Shown here: positions 55,219 to 64,000 of the stretch, piece after piece
Layout of the letters: the number at the start of each line of letters is the position of its first letter
How positions within the stretch are numbered: position 1 is the first letter of the stretch
Assembly (NCBI GenBank): GCA_964016885.1
Contig: OZ024743.1
Span: 191,394,001 to 191,458,000 of the forward strand
Source of the DNA: Eledone cirrhosa
Taxonomy: Eukaryota
Direction: 5' to 3'
DNA: 64,000 bases
Made by a program: the position numbers and the translations under genes
Notes under the pieces: model-generated
What the model was told of the DNA's origin: nothing
The model's database searches: none
The model's input: the letters and a program-made list of their open reading frames with translations, nothing else

Positions 55219-55696
55219 AAAGGCGAAATACAGTAATTCAGATTATAGAGATGGAATTTGTACACGTATTTGTTTGTACAGGAATTGTTCATCTAAAGAA
55301 TTGTATCGACAAATTTACAAGAATATGTTATTTAAAGAATATTCCCATAACCACAGATTGTTTAGAAACATTACATTTTCACCGAGTAAGGAAGAATGAT
55401 ATTTTTTTAATGCTTAACTACACACTGTGATGGAAAAATCGTACTGCTGACGCAAGAAGATAAGTTCGTTGACAACTCACATCACACTATCAAACTAGCA
55501 CAAATTATACTTTGCAACCTTGCTACCAATAACTACCTACAAGGAATATAAGAAAAACAAGTAGAATTTGAATTACTGTGTGAATCCCTAGAGGACTCGA
55601 AAGATAAGGAACAATAATAATATGACAAAGTTTACAACTTATGGAGTGAAAACAAATCAATACTGATTCAAACGCCACCATCGAAAAGATACAAAC

Positions 55697-55740
55697 GTAT
55701 GTATGTATTTATGCATGTATGTGTGTATGTGTATGTTTGA

Positions 55741-55836
<96 letters not shown>

Positions 55837-55875
55837 CTAAAAATTTATATACACTCACATATATATATGTATGTG

Positions 55876-55906
<31 letters not shown>

Positions 55907-55969
55907 CTATACAACTATACATATTTATCTGTGTATTTACATATATCTCTCTATCTCTCTCTATATATA

Positions 55970-56014
<45 letters not shown>

Positions 56015-56033
56015 GTACACACACACACACACG

Positions 56034-56070
<37 letters not shown>

Positions 56071-56113
56071 ATATATATATATGTATATATATATATGTAT
56101 ATACATATTTATG

Positions 56114-56154
<41 letters not shown>

Positions 56155-56224
56155 GTGTGTGTGTGTGTGTGTACATATATATATGTATATATATATATAT
56201 ATATATATACGTGTGTGTGTGTAC

Positions 56225-56291
<67 letters not shown>

Positions 56292-56321
56292 GAAAGAGAG
56301 AGAGAGAGCGAGAGAGAGAGA
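55697..56321. repeat. Compound (TA)n/(TG)n/(GA)n microsatellite block
   Basis: Direct reading. Confidence 0.95.
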
Positions 56322-57365
56322 TGTAAATACACAGATATATATGTATAGTTATTTTTATTATTTCGTGATACAAAGAAAAGTGCTTAATATACCCTTGTGG
56401 TAGACATGAGTGGAATCTGACAGAAATTGCATTGAGGTAAACAATATCACACATGCGAAATAATGTTTCGTTCACTCGGCATAATGAGAAGAAATTACAA
56501 ATAACGCTTGAATGCGTTAAATTGCGTTCAGTACGTTCTAAGATAGTCACGCGTACTTCGACGTCAATTACTATTTATCATGTGTCAGCGGGGTCTGTTT
56601 CAAAGTTCCTTAACAGGAATTTGGGTATGTGTCGGCAGGTAGAAGGATGTTCATTTCCTTTGTTCGGGATTGAACGGTAATGGCGAACGATAGAAAGTTT
56701 CTGTGTAAGAGATACGTCACATTGCTTCAATAAATTCCCAAATGTTGTGGTTTTCAATACTAATCTCTATATGATGCTTGCAGACTCGCCTTTATCTCTT
56801 CTTCTTCTTCTTTTTCTTCTTCTTCTTAGTAATATTATTATTAGTATTAGTATTATTATCATTAGTAGTAGTATTTTATTATTATTACTATTACTAGCAT
56901 GTGTAGTGTCCATATTGATATTATACGCAAATATATATGCATGTAGATATGATACGTCAAATGAAATCGTAATTGACAATATGCGCAGAAAGTGAACAAA
57001 GTCTGTGTTACAATCTCTTCTGTAATCAGTAAAGTAATCCATGATACATTAAAAAAAGACAATATTATATATAAACTGCATATATAATAAATTAAAATGT
57101 TATGGAAACGAAAAAGGAGAAAATTAGCGACGGAAATATAAACCTTGTATAACGATGCAAATATATGAACGTTTATATAAGCGATGTAATAAGTGTTATA
57201 ATTTAACGGACGCTAACCGGAAGTGTTGACATTTGGAAATTTTAAAGAAGTGAATCTTAAAATAAGCAATACTTTATATATAAGAATATTTATGTTTAAT
57301 CAAGAGCTACGAAATTTATTAGATAAATTATATAATATTAATTCATTATTTATTGAAAGTAATGA

Positions 57366-57713
57366 GGGTGGTGGATTGGCAGTATTGGTAGAGGGTCGGA
57401 CGCCATGCTTTCCAGCATAGTTACGTCCCTTTATGATCTTACGGGGTCGATAAAATAAAGTACCAGTAATGCACTGGGTAATTGCTGGCCTTGTGCCTAA
57501 AGTAGAAACAATTATTTATTGAAAGTAATGGCGGTGGATTGGCAGTATCGGTAGAGGGTCGGATGCCATGCTTTCCAGCATAGTTACGTCTCTTTACGAT
57601 CTGAGTTCAAATCCCGCCGAGGTTGACTTTGCCTTTCATCCTTACGGGGTCGATAAAATAAAGTGCCAGTAATGCACTGGGTAATTGCTGGCCTTGTGCC
57701 TAAAGTAGAAACA
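57366..57713 (+). mobile_element. Two tandem SINEs (57366-57510, internally deleted; 57530-57713) bracketed by three copies of a 19-bp target sequence
   Basis: attatttattgaaagtaat at 57345-57363, 57511-57529 and 57714-57732. Confidence 0.9.
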
Positions 57714-58028
57714 ATTATTTATTGAAAGTAATCAAACTTATTTTACTAACGGGATAATGTGTATTCTAGATCTCAACCGGTGTTGGACTTAAATAGGTTG
57801 ATGTGTCTTTGACCTTTCAAATATTACGCAAGATTTTCATTTTCCTAAATGTATTCTCACTACCACAAAAATTCCTAAACATGAGCGTATATATATATAT
57901 ATATATTTTAATTTCGTATTCCTAAGAAATACGGTATGTTTATAAATAACATTTAGAAAGCCGTAGTTATGAAGAAACAGCGGCAGTTACCACCACCTGG
58001 CGGTGTCCAACAGAAGCAACGGGGTAAA

Positions 58029-58072
58029 TTCGTCGATGCATATCGAACTGAACTGGTTCTCCTCAGGATGAT
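58029..58072 (-). ncRNA. Minimal type I hammerhead ribozyme (mutated)
   Basis: atcatc-CTGAGGA-GAAC-cagttca-GTTC-GAtA-TGCA-TC-gacgaa. Confidence 0.7.
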
Positions 58073-58349
58073 CTCTCCCGCTCTTGCGACTGCTGGACTT
58101 GCAAATAGGCGAGAAATATATAGTTTTCTCGTCTGTGTAAATGAGGTGTTTAATCTCATTTGCATATGAAGCTGTATAAGTTGGCTCAATTTATAATAGA
58201 ATAGAATTAGGATTTTGCTTCGAACATAGCTTTATACAGATATGTATTGGAATTTCGTTTTTCTAACTAAATACGGTGTGTTTATAACAGACGAGTAAAC
58301 TATATATTCTCGCCTGTTTTCAAGTTCAGCAGTTGCAAGAACGATAGGG

Positions 58350-58393
58350 ATCGTCCTTATGAAAACCAGTTCAGTTCGAAATACATCGGCGAT
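58350..58393 (+). ncRNA. Minimal type I hammerhead ribozyme (mutated)
   Basis: atcgtc-CTtATGA-aAAC-cagttca-GTTC-GAAA-TaCA-TC-ggcgat; stem I atcgtc/ggcgat pairs fully with one G-U. Confidence 0.7.
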
Positions 58394-58550
58394 TGTTCCT
58401 CTTGCATCTGCTGGACACCACCAGATGGCGATAGCCTCCTGTGTTTTTGCATATCTACGGCTTTCTAAATGTTTGTTTATAAAGATACCGTATTTCTTTA
58501 GAAATATGAAATTAAAATACACATATATATATAAATGTGTGTGTGAGAGA

Positions 58551-58772
<222 letters not shown>

Positions 58773-59210
58773 AGTGATAGGAGGAGTGGTGACGGATTAA
58801 TGCATATATTAATTTATATCTATTTATTTCCCTAGTGAATATATCCTTTAGTCCCACAACACGCAATTCAGCCAAGCATAAGTAGCATTTATTGATAAAG
58901 CTTCCTAATGCTTTCTCTCACAATGGCAACATTTGATGTTGATATTTCATTAATAGTTTGCAGAATTCTCACACAAAGTTTATAGAATTAAATCAAAACC
59001 GTCGTTGAATAAGATTTCTATTGTATAGAATGACAGAATAGTCAGGAGGTGATCTACACTTGATAAGTGTGTTACGTAGAAATTATTCTCTATTCATATC
59101 TCTCGTATTTCGAAATTATAATCAAAATCCCCTTTGTGGTTTTTAGTTGAATGAAATTGGGTATTTGAACATTTTCTGTCATAATCTTATTAGACCAGAC
59201 ATTGAGATTG

Positions 59211-59270
59211 TCTTCTTCTTCTTCTTCTTCTTCTTCTTCTTCTTCTTCTTCTTCTTCTTCTTCTTCTTCT

Positions 59271-59330
<60 letters not shown>
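59211..59330. repeat. (TTC)n(TAG)n compound microsatellite
   Basis: Direct reading. Confidence 0.95.
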
Positions 59331-59547
59331 TAGGTAGAAATAGTAGTCTTTCTTATTAGTTTGATGTCGACTTTATCCTTCTTTATACATTTAATACTAT
59401 TGCTAGACGTCCAATAATAAATTCTATGGTTTACTAGTAACACTTAGATCAGTTATCATTACACAAAGCTGAAACGTTTGGCTGATATCGTGATAGGCAA
59501 TTTGTTTGCCCAGGTGTGTCTATATTTTAATGAGATGTAAAGAAAGA

Positions 59548-59757
59548 AAGAAGAAGAAGAAGAAGAAGAAGAAGAAGAAGAAGAAGAAGAAGAAGAAGAA
59601 GAAGAAGAAGAAGAAGAAGAAGAAGAAGAAGAAGAAGAAGAAGAAGAAGAAGAAGAAGAAGAAGAAGAAGAAGAAGAAGAAGAAGAAGAAGAAGAAGAAG
59701 AAGAAGAAGAAGAAGAAGAAGAAGAAGAAGAAGAAGAAGAAGAAGAAGAAGAAGAAG
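59548..59757. repeat. (GAA)n microsatellite
   Basis: Direct reading. Confidence 0.97.
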
Positions 59758-60710
59758 ACAAATGTTGCTTCAAACTATAAAAAATACGTATTTTATGGGT
59801 TCAAATCAATTTTTAGAGAAGGAAAAGTCATGGGATTGTCGATTGTTAAAGCAAAAGTAAAAATGTCACAAAGGAAACACAACTCTTGAGGGAAAGGTTT
59901 GAGTTAGCAGAGCTTTAAAATTCATGCTCATGACTTTCTTTAGTGAATGTTGTCTTAACATGTATGGGAGGACATAAAGAAGGCATTCATGTTTCCATAT
60001 GTTGACATGCTTGCATGAAGAATGATTGTCACAACAAATGTTTCATTAGATACAAGTGTTGGAAATATGCCGGTTATAAATGTATGATATATTGTATATG
60101 AAATGGATTACAGGATTTCTTTTTTTATTGTCTTGAGGAAAAGAAAGTCGACTTTTGAACTCTTGGCGAGAAGGGCGGATCATATAGTTTTGTGCTAGGC
60201 ATGAGGATAGACACAATATGAGAAGCGAGTAAAAACGACGTGTATGTGGGGGAGTACTTGAAGATAATGGGGCATGAGACGAGCCAGATACGAGAAGCAG
60301 ATGCTATATTATTAATAGTAGAAAAAAAAAACAGAAAGTGATAACAGATTGTCTCTGTGCTTGATGTTAGAGTGAGTTAATGAGCAACTCTAAGCCGATC
60401 AGTCGAGATGACTTTCTTTACATTCTATCTACAATGTCTATGCGTTTGGCGAAAGCATCATCCTAGACGTGGAAGTATAAATCCATTACAGGTTGAGCTT
60501 TTAATCGTAGTAGAGGGATTGTGGTTATTGGAGGCAGTGGTATTTTCTGGTTCTGAAAAAGGGGACCAGTCATTTTTAGTGAAGTATTTGCTAATGCTAT
60601 GGCATGTGTTTGTCATGAACGTTTCTAAGTGATGTTAAAGCTTAACATTTGAAGTGATCATTAGGGTTCTAGTTGCGCGGTGTTGTAATTTAGAAAGAGA
60701 CTTAATATAA

Positions 60711-60872
60711 TTGTTTCTACTTTTGGCACAAGGCCAGCAATTTTAGTTATAATAATTGTTTCTACTTTTGGCACAAGGCCAGGAATTACCAAGTACATTA
60801 CTGGTACTTTATTTTATCGTCCCCGTAAGGATGAAAGGCAAAGTTAACCTCGGCGGAATTTGAACTCAGATC
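60711..60872 (-). mobile_element. 5'-truncated SINE with a duplicated 3' end
   Basis: ataattgtttctacttttggcacaaggccag occurs at ~60707 and ~60752; the body extends to gaatttgaactcagat. Confidence 0.85.
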
Positions 60873-61049
60873 GTAATAATGTGTTCTTGTTATGTGCAGT
60901 AATTGTGTTATTCTGTTGGCGTAGACAATACTGGCATAACACCATTAGTAAATATGAGTAAGGTCTTTCATTTATAAACGAAAAGATGTAGTTGTAAAAA
61001 TATGTTAACAATGTTTTGCACGTGAAGCCCTTATTGTAAGTGACATCTA

Positions 61050-63008
61050 AATAGGTTTTCAAAAGCAAATGCCTTGTCAAATATAAAACATTAATTCAAT
61101 AGACCCTAAATACTAAATAGACTCTAGATAATAAAGATGCTACCAGAAAAAGGAACAACACAAACAATATCATTGTATTATGCAAAAATGGAAAAAGGTA
61201 TCGCTGACCTCCGAAAAACCATGTGACAATGTTGAGCACATGAGCACATGTAAACAAAAACAAAAAACAGTACACCCCACACCAACAAAGATTGAAAAAT
61301 AAAATAGAAATGCTGTTTGGCGACGGTGCAAGCAGAACTCATCAATACAATGTAATCACTCTTAACCAAATATTGACAGCTGCCAGCGAGAAATTCCTAT
61401 ATCAGAAGAGGGTGGTTGAAAGGAAATTGATTAATAAAAACATCAATCCATAGAGATATGAAGCGCAAATCAATAATTGTCACTGAGACCCTGTCCCGGA
61501 AAAACATAGATTCTTTCTGGAGAAGACAGTTTCTCTATAGTGCTATTTTTACTGTCTGTAAACCCCTCATGTTTCGTGTTCAGGAAATGTGAACGATGTG
61601 GAATTGGATCTCTGGAGGCCAAAAATACAATCCTAACAGATAGCTTTTTTGTGGGTGGCCAGAAATTCTATGCCTAGATTATAAATGATATGAAGAAACA
61701 CCTTTACCTGGATACGACATTCTCGAAAGATATAGGAATGCAGTTTGGCCAGGATAAATGTTATTATATGATTTTTAAGCGACGGAAAACTACAAACTAA
61801 TCTAGCAACATCTCTACCAATGCCTTGACTGTTTCAGTGGAATGTAATCAGGACTGCTACAGATACTCAGGATTAGATGAAACTACACCCCCTGATGCAA
61901 TCTGTAATAAGGAACGAGTAACCAAGAAATATAAAACCCGATTAAAAAGAAATGGTCTTCGGAACTCTCTGCGCACAATAAATCAGTAGCTCATAATGTT
62001 TGCTGTGCATCTGCTGACATCAACATTTGGTCTACTTGACTGGACGCTCGATGAAATTCGAGCCATTGATGTTAAAGCCCGAAAAGTTCAAAAGTTCTAA
62101 CCAGCAGCGAAAGTTTCCATATCAAAAGTAACATAGATCATCTCTACATAAAACGTAAACAGTGAAGCAAAGGATTAATCTCAGTCCAAACGGCATTTAA
62201 GTGTCGCATCATATCCCTCTGACATCTGCGAATCACAACGTATAGAAGCACAGCTAGAGTACAAGTCTGTCTATACAAGGCAGATAGCATCATGAAAGTT
62301 GGGAAGGAGCTCCTTGGCAAATACTCACTGCATGATAACCAAAGACACACAAGCAGGAAAATTGCACAGCAATACCACAATAAAACCATGGATGAAACAC
62401 TGCAGGCTTATCAACAAAAAAATCATATATAGCTATGTTGTCAGAAACCCTCAAAATAAGCGTAATATAGGTAAGGAGTGTTGTCTATCTTGTGTAAAAA
62501 TATGTAAAACATCTCAGAAACTCAGCATGTAATAACTGCATATACTCTTGTATAGATACAGAAACATGTACGTGTACACATATAGCTGAAAACACAGATC
62601 AACACATGCAATAACATCCATACCTGCACACACACACACACGCGCGCACACGCACTCAAACAAACACACACAGACATATACAGATATACGTATTTACCTA
62701 GCTGATGGTGTCTAAAGTCCAATGAAAAAGTCTTGTCTCTTTCTTAGAAACTGGTTCTCACTCTATTGGTGAAAATTCATAAAATAATGGTTTTTGATTT
62801 AGGCACAAGCCTAACAATTTTAGGTGAGGTGAAACTCGATTAAATTGACCCCAGTGCGTATTTGGTGCTTCATTTTTAATCGACGCCGTAAGAATGAAAG
62901 GCAAGGATAACCTTGGTGAGATTTGAACTCAAAACGTAAAGGTTCGTAACTGTATGCCACAAGGCAAGTTATCCGATGCTCTACCGTTTCTGCCAAGCCT
63001 AGAAGAAC
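61050..63008 (+). mobile_element. Old, heavily deleted relative of R4 family B ending in (CATA)n, with a SINE in its 3' UTR
   Basis: Patchy collinearity with 14350-17428 (gctgacct.cgaaaaa.c; acattctc.aa.gatataggaatg; ggaactctctgcgca; tgtcgcatcatatc). Ends AGAAGAA|CATAC. Confidence 0.8.
62789..62999 (-). mobile_element. tRNA-derived SINE nested in the 3' UTR of the old family B copy
   Basis: The reverse complement shows the head, gagttcaaatc, the body and the tail ...aaaaacc-attatt. Confidence 0.8.
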
Positions 63009-63050
63009 ATACATACATACATACATACATACATACATACATACATACAT

Positions 63051-64000
63051 AAGGAGAGAACCAGAACTGAATACCTCAGAAGAGTAAAGAAAATATGGTC
63101 ATCAGAACTGTCAGCATACAACAAATACATTGCCCACAATACTTATGCTGTGCCAATTCTAACGCCAACATTTGGCCTGCTGAACTGGTCATTGCAAGAA
63201 ATAAGTGAGATGGATGTTAGAACTCGAAAACTTCTCAGTGTTACTGGGAACTTTAACATCAATGGTGATGTGGATAGGCTATACTTCTCACGCAAGGAAG
63301 GTGGCCGGGGTCTAACATCAATATTAACAACATATGAGACCCGGATAGTAACACTGAAGCAATACCTTCAACAGAGGAAAAAGGTTGGCAACCATCTTGC
63401 CCAGGTTTATGAGCATAAAAAAAAATATCATTAGAATAGCGACTGATCTGGAGGAGAGATATGGAATAAAGCCTGATATAAATCTCTCACCCAGAGAAAT
63501 CGGAAGATCCTATTCAATGTTCAAACAAGATAAAAAAATTGACCAATTTACAGAAACAGTTGTGCATGGATACTTGAGGCGTAAAACACAGACCATAGAG
63601 GGGATAAACCACTCAAAAAGCCTGGCATGGAGTTCCGACAAGTTTATGACATCACACCTTGAGGGATATCTCTATGCAATACAGGAACAAGAACTCCCTA
63701 CCAAATATCTGCTGCACAAAAGCGGAGGGCCAGCAGCTGACAATAAATGTAGGCTATGTAAAACAAAGATCGAGGATGTAAGCCACATTGTTGCCAGCTG
63801 CGAAAGAATGTCATCTCGCTACTACCTTCCCATGAGACACGGTGGGATAGCTAGAACCATCTGGAACGCACTTCGGAAAACAAAATTAACAACAAACGCG
63901 GAAGAATATATTGAGACAGATGGCACTAAGGAATACTGGTGGAACCTGAAAATAAAAACTGCCACCAAATTAAAGCACAACCGGCCTGATATTGTTGTTT
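63051..64000 (+). mobile_element. R4 family A, 5'-truncated copy inserted in (CATA)n, running off the window
   Basis: Nearly identical to 12647-13600 and preceded by (CATA)n at 63008-63050. Confidence 0.93.

Larger units (their letters stand above)
57904..58519. mobile_element. Inverted pair of ~235-bp hammerhead-bearing units (57904-58140 minus; 58281-58519 plus), both ending outward at (TA)n; Penelope-like pLTR remnants
   Basis: The arms align as diverged reverse complements. Each contains a hammerhead motif and ends attaaaata before (TA)n. Confidence 0.8.

Overview
This window is repeat-dominated, AT-rich animal genomic DNA. The tRNA-derived SINE family and microsatellite landscape suggest an octopod cephalopod (inference). 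I found no supportable host protein-coding gene; the long ORFs all belong to non-LTR retrotransposons. Contents: (i) a Tx1/L1-clade APE-RT element family with four pieces, whose intact 3' ends run into (ATT)n; (ii) three R4/Dong-type RT plus restriction-like-endonuclease families, two of them (A, B) always ending at (CATA)n/(TACA)n and stacked head-to-tail, the third (C) at (TAA)n; (iii) an RTE element split by a 1.65-kb TSD-flanked insert encoding a degenerate 2A/StopGo peptide, a PHD finger and a LINE C-terminus; (iv) about 13 copies or fragments of a tRNA-derived SINE whose 3' end matches the Tx1 3' end and whose TSDs start with ATT; (v) about 8 hammerhead-ribozyme-like motifs in short units abutting (TA)n, some as inverted pairs (Penelope-like remnants); (vi) a non-autonomous Helitron, hAT and mariner MITEs, palindromes and many microsatellites. 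The main theme is a retroelement community in which each family uses its own microsatellite as a landing pad. It includes two head-to-head Dong|Tx1 junctions and a probable Tx1-SINE partnership. Coordinates were read by eye and may be off by a few bases; no alignments or searches were run.
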